Source of the DNA: Camelus dromedarius
Lineage: Eukaryota
NCBI RefSeq assembly: GCF_036321535.1
Contig: NC_087437.1
Span: forward strand, 50,842,001 to 50,906,000
Direction of reading: 5' to 3'
Length of the DNA: 64,000 bases
Shown here: in pieces, positions 13,505 through 24,855 of the stretch
Numbering within the stretch: position 1 is the first letter of the stretch
How the letters are laid out: every line of letters starts with the position of its first letter
Made by a program: the position numbers and the translations under genes
The notes under the pieces: model-generated
Databases searched by the model: none
Told to the model about the DNA's origin: nothing
What the model saw: the letters and a program-made list of their open reading frames with translations, nothing else

Positions 13505-16250
13505 GGGACTTCCAGTTTTCAGTTCAGCATGAAAAAAACTTAGAAGTTGCCACCTCATCCTAACAATAAGCAAAAAGCTGAACAAACAGAAAAATCAGTA
13601 ACTCTTCTTAGACCCGTAAGAGACATGAGGTCACAGGGCAAACCATTGCCCCCAAATTGGAGAGACTGGCAGACAAATACAAAGAATCTCAATTTACTCA
13701 CAGAAACCCACAAACAGCAACTTCTGCAGGAACCAGTGCTGGAGTAGGGAACCCTGAACTGTAATTGATGGATTGCTAGAGGCTCAGTGTGGAAAAATTT
13801 GAGGAGTAAAAACTCCAGGGGTACACAGGCATGGTTGGAAAGGGGGGACACATTTGTGAATTTTACCTCCAGGAGCTTTAACAGTTCCTTACAATGACTA
13901 TCAGTTCTTCTAGACTTGATCTATAGATTAAATGCAATCTCAATCAAAATCCAAGCAAGTTATTTTGTGGATATTGAAAAACTGATTCTGAAATTTATGT
14001 GGAAAGACAAAAGACCCAAAATAACCAACACACAAAAAATTGAAGAAGAACAAAGTTGGTGGACTGACACTACCTGACATTAAGACTTATTATAAAGCTA
14101 TAATAATCAAGACAGTGTGGTACTGGCAACTGAATAAACAAATAGATCAACTGAAGAGAAAAGAGAACCCATAAATAGACCCACATAAATATAGTCAATT
14201 GATCTTTGACAAAGGAGCAAAGGCAATACAATGGAACAAAGATAGTCTTCAATAAATGGTGCTAGAACAACTGGACATCTACTTGCAAAAAAAAAATTAA
14301 TCTAGACACAAACCTCACACTCTTTACAAAAATCAACTCAAAATGGATCACAGACTTATACATAAAACACACAAAACTATAAGATTCCTATAAGATAAGA
14401 TAGGAGAAATCTACATGACCTAGGCTTTGGTGAACACCTAAGGCACGATTCACAAAAGAAAGAATTGATAAAATAGACTTCATTAAAATTAAGATTTTCT
14501 AGTGTATGAAATGTACTATCAAGAGAATAAAAAGAGAAGCTATGGATGATAGAAAATATTTATGAAAGACAAGTCCATCTGATTAAAAAAAAAAGGACTG
14601 TTAGAAACAGACTCAAAGACATAGAATACAAACTTGTGGTTGCCACGTGGGACGGGGGTGGGATGGGACAGACTGGGAGTTTGAAATCTGTAGATACTGA
14701 CAAGCATATGTAGAATAGATAAACAAGATTATACTGTATAGCACAGGGAAATATATATAAGATCTTGTGGTGGCTCACAGCGAAAAAGAATGTGACAATG
14801 AATATATGCATGTTCATGTATAACTGAAAAATTGTGCTCTACACTGGAAATTGATACAACATTGTAAAATGACTATAACTGAATTTAAAAAAAAAGGACT
14901 TATCTAAAATATACAAAAACTCTTAAAACTCAATAGTAAAAATAACCTGATTTTAAAATTAGGCTAAAGACCTTAACAGACACTTCACCAAAGAAGATAT
15001 ACAGATGGCCAATAAGCATACGAAAAGATGCTCCAAATCATGTCATCAGGGAAATACAAACTAAAATGACAATGACACACTACTATACACCTAATAGAAT
15101 GGCCCAAATCCAAAACAATGACACCACCAAATGCTGGTGAGAATGTGGAGCAATAGGGACTCTCATTAATTGCTGGTGAGACTGCAAATTTGGAAAATTG
15201 CACTTTAGAAGATAGTTTGGCAGATTTTCACAAAACTAAACAACTCAGCAATTGTGCTGGTTGGTGTTTATCCTAAAGAGTTAGAAACCCATGTCCACAC
15301 AAAAACCTGTATATGATGTTTATAGTAGCTTTAATCATAATTGCCAAAAGGTGGAAGAAACCAAGATGTCCTTCAGTAGGTGAATGGATAAATAAACTGT
15401 GGTACATCCAAACAATGGACTGTTAGTCAGTGCTAGAAAGAAATGAGCTATCAAGCCATGAAAAGACATGGAGGAAACTTAAATGCATATTACTAAGTGA
15501 AAGAAGTCAATCTGAAAATGCTGCATACTGTGTGATTCCAACCATACAACATTCTGCAAAGAGCAAAACTATGAAGGCAGTAAAAAGATCAGTGTTTTCC
15601 AGTGATTATTGGGGGAGGGAGGAATGAATAGGTGAAGCACAGCCAATTTTTAGGGCAGAAAATTACTCTTTATGATATTATAATGGTGGACACATGTCAT
15701 TATAAATTTGTCCAGACCCATGAAAGTACAACATAAAGAGTAAAGGCTAATATAAACTATGGACTTTCAGTGATTATGATGGGTTAATGTAGGCTCATCA
15801 GTTGTAACAAATGTACCACTGTGGTGGGGGAATATTAATAATGGGGGGGGGTGCACGTGGGAGGAGGCAGGGGGTATATGGGAAACCTCTGTCTTCTGCT
15901 CAGTATTGCTATGAAACTCGAACTGCTGTAAAATAATAAAGTCTACAAACTTGTGACTAGAACACTAACAAGTTCTGGAGATCTAATGTACTGCATCAGT
16001 GATTACAGCCAACAATACTTATCATATACTTTAAAGTTGCTAAGAGACTAGATCTTAAATGTTCTCATTGCAAAAAAATTAATTATAATTATGTGGAATG
16101 AAAGAGGTGTTAGCTAACCCTATGGTGGTAATCATACTGCAATATATAAAAGTATCAAAGCAACACATTGTACACCTTAAACTTACAAAATACTGTGTCA
16201 GTTATACCTCAATTTAAAAAAACAGCATTATAGAAAAGTCTATTTTAAAA
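13505..16250 (+). mobile_element. Old L1 (L1MC-like): 5' UTR piece, ORF2 3' part and 3' UTR, with nested younger L1 fragments
   Basis: aatcaagacagtgtggtactggca, aagatgtccttcagtaggtgaatggataaataaactgtggtacatcc and an L1MC-type 3' end. Confidence 0.85.
14600..14895 (+). mobile_element. Young 5'-truncated L1 3' end nested in the older L1
   Basis: Flanked by the direct repeat aaaaaaaaaggact (ending at 14599 and 14900); artiodactyl-type L1 3' UTR. Confidence 0.8.
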
Positions 16251-16429
16251 TTCTGTAATTTCACTTTTGAGATAACTAAGGGGAGCATTTCTTTAAATAC
16301 ATGTTTTTCAATTGTTGAAAAGCATTATAAAATGTTGTATTCTTCTTACCCCACACCCCTTTATATCTTAGGACAGCTCTCCTTTCTTCTTCCCCTAAGA
16401 AAACTCTAAAGATTAAAGCTGGTGGAAGG

Positions 16430-17200
16430 CTCTTCGCCTTGGAGCACACGAGAGGAAAAGAACCCCACAGACCACAAGAGGAAACATCTATCCGGCACCC
16501 AGGGGACCTAAGGAGACTGAGGAAACCACGCCCCTACCCCAGTTGGACCCGAACCCGAAGGGAGGGGGGAAGCAGGGATCACGCCCCCGCTGGCACACAG
16601 CCCAATTGGCCAACTGCCATCACTGCAGACCTCCTCTGTTATTTGATTGGTTTTAGCTGTGAAGCCCCCTCCCGAATGTCTCGCTCGGATTGGCCCATTT
16701 CCCGGGACTAGACGGTGGCCAGAGGAGGACAAGAGACTGCTACACGCAATGGAGGGACTGTTTGGGTGACATCTGAAGCGCAGCCGCACATCAACAAGCG
16801 TTCAGGCTCCAGGGACATGGCTGCGGTCTCGGTGGTGTCGGTGCTGCTGGTGGCGACGGAGTGGCAGCGTGTCCGGATTCGGATGCTGCTGCCGCCAAGG
16901 CAACGGTGGGTGGAGGGGCCGTTGCGTTCTTGCCCTGGGGTGGGGGCGGGGGGCTGTTTGCCCTGCCTGAGTGGTGTGCCTGGTCCGGAAATACCAGAGG
17001 CTCGGTAGAATCTGCTGTCAGGGGATTCTGCTTTCAGTCCCACCCCGAGAGGGAGTCCTACATCCAGCCCTTACCCTTCTTCCCCCTCCCTAGGTTCACT
17101 CGCCCTTTGCCTTCGTTTCTCCACTTAGGCGCTGAGGGTGGGGGAAATGGAGTTAGGCCTGCCGTCCTCCACTCTCCCCAAGCTATGGGGGCGAGAATAC
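16430..17200 (+). promoter_or_regulatory. CpG-island promoter of the composite snoRNA-host locus, apparently derived from the MCCC1 promoter
   Basis: CpG-rich. Three CCAAT/ATTGG boxes at 16602-16609, 16646-16650 and 16689-16693; GC boxes near 16526 and 16580; directly upstream of the MCCC1-like exon 1. Confidence 0.8.
16805..16899 (+). pseudogene. MCCC1: Duplicated MCCC1 exon 1 (5' UTR end + mitochondrial presequence codons)
   Basis: ggctccagggacATG (ATG 16817) encodes MAAVSVVSVLLVATEWQRVRIRMLLPPR versus remembered human [30 protein letters not shown]. Similarity stops at the exon boundary (AAG|gcaacg, alternative donor ACG|gtgggt at 16906). Confidence 0.85.
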
Positions 17201-17371
17201 GGTTGCCAGATTTAGCAATAAAAATACAGGACGCTAGTTAAATTTAAACTCAGATGAACGACACATAATTTTTTTAGTATAAATATGTCTCCGATATCAA
17301 GTAAAATTAAAATATAAGCATTATTTGTCTGAAATTTAACTGGGCGTCCCGTTTTTTATCTGGCAACCCTA
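17200..17371. mobile_element. MER53-like hAT MITE
   Basis: Inverted ends ggttgccagat...atctggcaacc with palindromic interior. Confidence 0.85.
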
Positions 17372-18545
17372 AGCAAGAGTAACATTTGTACACTTCCTAA
17401 CCATTTACAGAGTCCTTTCGTAGGACTCCCCGTTTGGGGAGTGTTGTGATCCGTGTTCTGATGAAACCCATAGTGTCTTGCCCAAATTTAAGCAACTAGT
17501 AAGTAATGGGGCCAGGACAGCCCATTTCAGTTCTGCTGTCCCTCCTCAGGGGTGCAGTTCAAAGAAAGACTGCTACGGAGCACTTCTTAATTGTTGAAAT
17601 GAATCTAGTTAACAAAAGCAAATTTATCTTTCAGGGGGGCTGGAGAGTTGTTTTATTTTCGGGTTCCTCGCTGTGGCATTTACCTTCTATTTTGGGGAAG
17701 AAATAATGGTATTAAATTCTCAAGGAAAAATGATTCACTATATGATGATGAAAGTATATTTTATATATTAAATCACAATGGCATATCATTTGACTCTATT
17801 GTCAGTGGAAAAAGTTATATTCATGCAAGAGATCCATACATGACAGTGAAGTTAAGGATTAAAGCAGTATAGGGTATTCTGAAATGAGACATCCAGGTTC
17901 AAAGCCTAGCTTTACCACTTTGATGGCAGCAGGCAAGTTACATCATCTCTCTAGGACTCCATTTCCTCTTTTTTAAAACAGAAATGATAATGGTTGTATC
18001 CACTTAATAAGATTGCTTTGTTAAATTCTTGTCAAGCGCCTGGGACATTGAAATTGATTAATTTTAGCCATGATTAGCCATTATATTTTGACTTTTAGTA
18101 AATGTGAATTTTTGGCATAAATCATTAGATAATTAATTTTTTTATTGAGGTATAGTCAGTTTACAATGTGTCAATTTCTGGTGTACAGCACAATTCTTCA
18201 CTCATACATGAATATACATATATTCATATTCTTTTTCACTGTGAGCTACAAGATACTGAATATATTTCCCTGTGCTATACAGTATAAACTTGTTTAAATT
18301 AAATATTTTAATTTTAGTTTTAAGATGAAAAAAGCCAGGTATTTAAGAATATTATGAATATAGTGAATTTCAGCAAAAAGAAACATACTGTTCAATAATA
18401 GAGCAGATATTTTAGACCATAACATACCAATTTTACCAAATCAAATATCTGTAAGCCAGGATAATATAATAAAATATTTATATATCAGTATTTGCTCCCC
18501 ATGTATAATTTTATATGATTTTCATTTTCATTGTGTTATAAACAG

Positions 18546-18650
18546 GAAGAAACATTACCAAGCACCAGGGGAGAGAAAATGACTACAGAGTGAGGGGGGT
18601 AAAGCCAGAAAATAGGTTTATGGTCAGTGGCTGTTTATGGTGAGATAGAC
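18546..18650 (+). pseudogene. MCCC1: Decayed MCCC1 exon 3 remnant
   Basis: acag|GAAGAAACATTACCAAG (G-RNITK) ... GTGGCTGTTTATGGTGAGATAGAC (cf. VAVYSEAD). Intact AG acceptor, internal indels; no exon 2 recognised upstream. Confidence 0.75.
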
Positions 18651-19664
18651 TTAGAATGTCAAGCTTTTTAGCAGTTTTACATTTTTTTGTATATTGTTTT
18701 ACTTCCTTAGTGTTCATAGTGTTAATGTAGTTACTTACAAACTATTCACTAAAATTCCTCTTGGGAACTTTTCCCAGTTTTTCTCCAAAAAACTACAAAA
18801 TCTTTCCACCACCTAGAAAGGTATGTGGAATTATGAAATTAAAGATCTAGTCTTTAGCAACTACTGACTTTTACCCAAGTGATCATAAATACATACTTAA
18901 CATATCTGAGCTTTTGTTTATCTCTAAAATCATAACTAATAAAAACCTACTCCCTAATCCCCAGGGTTTATAAATGCTACCAATTATTACTAGCTACTAT
19001 CCACCAGAGAAGACGTCAGCCATGGATGTATCTAACTATTTGTATTCTTTGTGCCTGCCCCAGGCCTCCCAGAGAGCTGGAGAAACTTGCACACTGGAAA
19101 GACTTGGTACTAATGTAATTCCTGGTAGTCAACTTCACCTGGGCTTTCAGCACTGCACAGCAGGCCCATTGTTTCTCTAGCCACCTCTTTCTGCTTTTCT
19201 GTGCAACTGCTATTTCGAATCCTCCTCACTTTTTTCAAGCCTCTGCCATCCCTTATAAGCCATTCTCAGCAAATGATCTCAATGTTACTGAGAAAATAGA
19301 ATACCTGAGCTTCTGAGCTTCCTGCCAGCAAATCTGCCCACCCACCTTCATCTGTATCCATCCAACTTCTACCTACCTAGTCTCCATCGCCTGTGCCATC
19401 CTTCCCCTCTGACCATCTCAGTGTCTCTACTGTCAGCCCTTCTGTCATCTAAATGGTTAATCACACCCTCTTAACCAGATCCTTGCCACCAGCTTATAAG
19501 TATTCTGTAGTCTCTTTCTTCTTCAGGAAACAATTGTAGGTCCCATTCTTCTTCCCACCTAAGCCTCTATCTTTCTTCTCCCATTTATAATCAAATTTTA
19601 AGAATTATCAGCCCTGATGTTTCTGTTTCTTTACTTCTCACTCCCTTCTCAACCCACTCCTCTT

Positions 19665-20509
19665 TTTTTTTTTTAACATTTTTTATTGATTTATAATCAT
19701 TTTACAATGTTGTGTCAAATTCCAATGTTCACAATTTTTCAGTTATTCATGGACATATACACACTCATTGTCACATTTTTTTCTCTGTGAGTTATCATAA
19801 CATTTTGTGTATATTTCCCTGTGCTATACAGTGTAGTCTATTCTACAATTCTGAAATCCCAGTCTATCCCTTCCCACCCTCCACCCCCCTGGTAACCACA
19901 AGTCTGTAGTCTCTGTCTGTGAGTCTATTTCTGTCCTTTATTTACGCTTTGTTTTTGTTTGTTTGTTTGTTTTTGTTTTTGTTTTTTAGATTCCACATAT
20001 GAGCGATCTCATATGGTATTTTTCTTTCTCTTTCTGGCTTTCTTCACTTAGAATGACATTCTCCAGGAGCATCCATGTTGCTGCAAATGGCATTATGTTG
20101 TCGGTTTTTATGGCTGAGTAGTATTCCATTGTATAAATATACCACATCTTCTTTATCCAGTCACCTGTTGATGGACATTTAGGCTGTTTCCATGTTTTGG
20201 CTATTGTAAATAGTGCTGCTATGAACATTGGGGTGCAGGTGTCATCCTGATTTCCTTCTGGATACAAGCCCAGGAGTGGGATTCCTGGGTCATATGGTAA
20301 GTCTATTCCTAGTCTTTTGAGGAATCTCCACACTGTTTTCCATAGTGGCTGCACCAAACTGCATTCCCACCAGCAGTGTAGGAGGGTTCCCCTTTCTCCA
20401 CAGCCTCTCCAGCATTTGTCATTTGTGGATTTTTGAATGACAGCCATTCTGACTGGTGTGAGGTGATACCTCATTGTAGTTTTGATTTGCATTTCTCTGA
20501 TAATTAGTG
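19665..20509 (-). mobile_element. Young 5'-truncated L1 (ORF2 C-terminus + 3' UTR + polyA) with a perfect 16-bp target-site duplication
   Basis: ORF 19986-20513 = L1 ORF2 end ([11 protein letters not shown]...[18 protein letters not shown]...). TSD tcaacccactcctctt at 19649-19664 and 20510-20525. Confidence 0.95.
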
Positions 20510-21489
20510 TCAACCCACTCCTCTTATGCTTCTGTCCTCACCCCTCTACTGAAACTGTTTCTAAGGTCACCAATAATTTCCTTGTCCCTAAATCCAATGC
20601 ACTCTGACTTCTTAGCAATATTTAACTCTCTCAACCAGTGTTTGGGCAAACTATAGCGTGTGGACCAAATTCAGCTTCAGCATGTTTTTATATGGCCCAT
20701 GAGCTAAAATATTTGCTACCTGGCCCTTTACAGAAAAAGGATGCCAACCCCGTCTATAAGTCAGTTCTTCCTTTTAGAAATAAATTCTTCTCTTGTCTCT
20801 TCCCTTATAAATAAGTCTAGTTTTCCTTTTGCTTTTCCCTCCTCTGTTTCTCGGTCTCTTATTGGATTACCAGATCCTTAGATGTTGGAATTCCCCAACA
20901 CTCTGTGTTGGAAGTGAGATCTTCTGGATCTCATATATTCCAAAAGCTTTGTTGAAAACCCCCAAATTTCTCTAACTCAGGTTTTCTTCTGAATATCATA
21001 CATGTGTGTTCAACTGCCTACTCAACGTCTTCACTTGGTGTGCTCCAGATACCCCAAGCTTGGTATATTTGAAATTGAATTCACAATCCTGTGCTAATCC
21101 TGCTTTTCCTGCAGACTGTCAAAGCTAAGTAGATTATAACATTATTGCTCATTAAGTTAATGTCAGAAATTTGGGGATCCTTGAACATCTCTCCTCCCTC
21201 CCCTATCTTGTTCCACCCACATCTAAGTAATCACCAAATGCTATTAATTCTATTGTCTACATGTGTTTTACTCTAGTTAATTCTTTCTGCCCAATACCAC
21301 CACACCCTTAAGTCAAAAACACCATCATCTAGTCAAATGCTTTAACCTCCTAAGCAGCTTTCCTATTTCTCTCTTCTCTTTTAAAAAGAAAAAAGTTTTT
21401 TATTGAGATATAATTCACATACCATAGAAGTTACCCTAAAATTTACAATTTAGTGGTTGTCAGTATATTCACAAGGTTCAAACATCAGT

Positions 21490-21830
21490 GGTGTATATCT
21501 GGTATTTTCACCATAGTCATCTTTGCTGTAGACATTTTTACCAAAAAAAGATAAAATAACTGGTTGACAGTTTGGTTTCATGTGTCCATTGACACAGTAC
21601 TCCTATTTTTATATTATATACATCTTAGCCCTTATAATGATCTACACAGGGACGAGTAGACATAGTTTTAAAATAGTGGGTGATTACAACTATGTACATT
21701 GACTTGATAGAAAATATGGTGACAGAACTTACTGGAGGTGTGAAATAAGACAGTGTAAAGCCAAACTGCATACTATATTAGAAAACGATAAGTTTGCAGA
21801 GCTATACTCAACAGACTGAGAAACTGAAGC
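21490..21830 (+). mobile_element. Possible Mutator-like (MULE) DNA transposon remnant with a FLYWCH-type zinc-finger fragment
   Basis: 21682-21792 translates DYNYVH*LDRKYGDRTYWRCEIRQCKAKLHTILENDK, resembling the YWRC..C.ARLHT pattern of FLYWCH domains. Confidence 0.5.
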
Positions 21831-22801
21831 TTGCTTTCTTTCAGGGTACACAGGATCCATGTCCTTTGTGTTATTGTTGTTAAGTTCAAATGTGGATTTA
21901 CAACAGGAAAACAGAAATGATCTGTAATAGTTGGGAATTTTTGTCACTTGTGATACATCTGTTGTCTGCTATCTGTTTTGAAACCTTACTGCTATGTTAC
22001 CTATGAAATAAAGCTTTTCTTAATAAAGTTGTAAGCTTTATTAAGATCAAGGCTGTCTAAGTATCCTATTGGAAAGATATTTAAAGTGAATGATAAGTGA
22101 ATTTTTAAAGTGAAAGTGAATACATATCAGAGCAATTTGCCTTGGAGCTGTAGAGCTTATTTCACTACTTACACGTCTTACACATAGAAGAATAATGTTG
22201 GAAATGTCTGTTTTGGTTCCTTAACTATCTAGCTGGTATCTCTAGGAAGCTGAGGATCCCAAGTTTGAAAAAGCCCAAAAATCTAATTTAAAATGAGATG
22301 CTTAAAGGGATATTATCTTGAAGCAGTTTGTCTACATGGTAAACTTGGAAGTGATTCTGTGTTGTGCTGCATAAAAGCTGTTTGCAGACCAGAATCTTAA
22401 ACTAAATGTAAATAGTTTAGCATTTAGCCATGTGCTTCAAAAGTCATTTGGTGGAGCCTTTATTTGTACAGCGTAAATAATTAGAGCTTTTGACTTTTAG
22501 ATCCAAAAGGTAGTTCTGGCACTTGAATACTACCTGGGAGTAACTTGTCATGCCTTCATTGTGTTGAACCAGTGTTCAAAATGAAATGCAAAAACTGCAG
22601 ACTCACGGATACGGCACATCATGTCACTGGTACTCCAGGAAGAACATTTGATATGTTAAATAGAAGATACCTTTGTAAGTATTGCCGTATGTTTCCTAGG
22701 GCATTTTTTAACCAGGGATATTTGGGGTATGGGAGGGAAAATAATTAGCCTAATTGTTTAAGCCAGTTGCCATGCAGGAATATCTAGAGGTGATACTAAG
22801 A

Positions 22802-23388
22802 TTTTTCTTCAATAGGCTTTATTTTTTAGAACAGTTTTAGGTTTACAGAAAAATTGAGAAGAGAATTCCCAGTTTCCTGTATTATTAACATCTTCCATTA
22901 GTATGCTACATTTGTTAAAATTAATGAACCAACATCGGTATGTTATTATGAACTAAAGTCCAGAATTTACTTAGATTTCCCTATGTCCTTTTTCTGTTCC
23001 AGGTCCCCACCTAGGATACCACAGAGACATTTAATTCTCATGTCTCCTTAAGCTCCTCTTGACTGTACCAGTTAATGAAATTTTCCTTGTTTTCAATGAC
23101 TTTGACCATTTTGAGAATTGTTGGTCAGATATTTAGTAGGATGCCTTTAGTATTGGAATTTGTCTGATGTTTTTCTCAAGATTAGACTGTAGTTCTGGGT
23201 TTGAGGGAGGAAGACCACATAGGTAAGGAACCATTTTCATCTCATTCTGTCAAGGCTTATTACTGTTGTTGACCTTGATCGCCTGGCTGAGTTAGAGTTT
23301 GTCAGGTTTCTCCACATAATGTCACTCTTCTGCCTCTTCTTCTGTACTGTAGTCTTTGGAAGGAAGTCTCTATGCACAACTCACCTTA
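22802..23388 (-). mobile_element. Ancient L1 3' end (L1MC/MD-type) inserted in EIF4A2-pseudogene intron 5
   Basis: tagaacagttttaggtttacagaaaaattgag...ttttctgttccagg...aggataccaca, a typical old L1 3' UTR. Confidence 0.8.
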
Positions 23389-23538
23389 AGAATTTTTTTC
23401 ATATTCCAAAATGAATCAGGAGGCTTATTTTGGATGAAGCCAATACAGATCTTGAGCCAAGGGATTAAAGATCAAATCCATGGGATTTACCAGAAATCAA
23501 ATACAAGGATTCAGCTGTGCACATGATTTTTCTGTAGC

Positions 23539-23674
23539 TGGCAGGTTGGGTTAATTGTTCAATATAGCTGTGAAGTGCTATATTGTCCTTTCCCCTGCCA
23601 AAAGCAATTGTTTCCTACAATCTCTGTCTAACTCAATTCTGTAGTAAGACAGGGACGCTTGGTCTCAAACATTT
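23539..23674 (+). ncRNA. SNORA63: H/ACA snoRNA, SNORA63 (E3) family paralogue, intron 6 position
   Basis: tggcagg...cctgcca basal stem, caatatagc/gctatattg upper stem, H box AAAGCA 23601-23606, family-typical 3' end cagggacgcttggtctc, ACA at 23669-23671 three nt from the end. Confidence 0.92.
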
Positions 23675-23937
23675 CTCTCAGTGTTATTATGAAAATTGTT
23701 ATAACTGTTTAACTGATGTGCAACATAACTAGTCGTTGTCTCTTTTTTAAGGTTGTGTTGCTTTCTGCCTTTATGCCAATTGATATGTTGAAGTCTTCAA
23801 AAAGTTCCTGAGAGACCCGTTTCAAATTCTGATAAAGAAGAACTGACCCTTGAAAGAGTCAATATCTTATAATAATTTTGAAAGAGGGTAATGTTTTTCT
23901 AATTGATATACATAAAAATTACAGCTAGAATTTGCTT

Positions 23938-24110
23938 TTACCTTCTTTTTTAAGCTCTGTGCTAAAATAGCAGAAACTAGTATCTGCAGTGTCTTAGTCC
24001 TTGTAATAAAGCTGGCAGAGTAAACAAAGAGAAACACAACTGTACAGATGGTAGAACAACCACAGGTAACTCCAAGGTGTTTTGTTCTAAGATTTGGTAC
24101 AATCATATCT
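23938..24110 (+). ncRNA. SNORA81: H/ACA snoRNA SNORA81 (HBI-61) paralogue, including the miR-1248-like 5' arm, intron 7 position
   Basis: Starts accttcttttttaagctctgtgctaaaa, similar to the SNORA81/miR-1248 5' end. 3' hairpin agaacaa/ttgttct and tgtac/gtaca; ends aagatttggtacaatcATAtct. Confidence 0.85.
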
Positions 24111-24414
24111 GTATTTAAGCAGAATTAATGAATGAATTTCTAAGTAGTTCCTTCTGATGGTAGGGATGAGAGTTAGAAATCAAATGGCTTTTTACTCCAA
24201 CTCTGATCCAAATTCACATTTTCCTCTCTGATATACTCCAGGGAGGAATCGTGTGCTCTTTGTGACATATGAGAGACTGGCCAGTAGAACACAAGGCAGA
24301 AGGTGGATGTCTGAGAAAATGCATGCCAGGAATTTCAGTTTCTGTTGTGGCAAGAACTGTTCTTCCCTAGTACTGGTGATTAAGACACTGTTAATCCCAT
24401 TTCCTTAATAAACT

Positions 24415-24548
24415 GATGCAGGATCTAGTTACAGTGTAGCTGTGAAGTGCCACATTGTCTTTGCCCCCTGCTCAAAATAAGACTGTTTCCTTCAAGCCCT
24501 GCCAGCCATGGTGCTGTAGCAGCCAGGGATGCATGGTCTCATACATGG
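24415..24548 (+). ncRNA. SNORA63: H/ACA snoRNA, second SNORA63 (E3) paralogue, intron 8 position
   Basis: gcagg...cctgc stem, H box in AAAATAA 24474-24480, ctgtagcagccagggatgcatggtctcat, ACA 24543-24545. Confidence 0.93.
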
Positions 24549-24714
24549 TTACCAATTTAAACCCTACCTTAACAAATGACTCCTGAGAGTTAAGGCTTAT
24601 TAATATCTTGCAGGTGGTGACAGAAAGAAAGAGATATTCCCAAGAGGTAATTCAGATAGGGGACAAACTATGTTTTGATTACTACTGACTTACTGGTATT
24701 TCATTTAATTACAA

Positions 24715-24855
24715 TATTTATCTATTAAAAGGTGGTTCGGAGAGGATTTTTCATCACCTTTGTCAGCTCAAGCTATGTGGGGGAATAAAGACCACGCTCC
24801 ACAGTGAGCCGTGTGACTTATATGTGGTTCCTTACTATTTTGTGGCCTAAGAGAT
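24715..24855 (+). pseudogene. SNORA4: Degenerate SNORA4 (ACA4) paralogue, intron 9 position
   Basis: gaccacgctccacagtgagcc...tactattttgtggcct matches the SNORA4 3' hairpin, but the ACA position reads AAG (24849-24851) and the H box is not ANANNA. Confidence 0.8.

Noticed and set aside
17000..18540. Search for MCCC1 exon 2
   Set aside because: No recognisable match; probably deleted or too decayed.
22081..22170. aagtgaatgat... as a possible SNORD2-like C/D snoRNA
   Set aside because: No convincing D box or guide similarity, and the wrong position relative to EIF4A2 intron 3.
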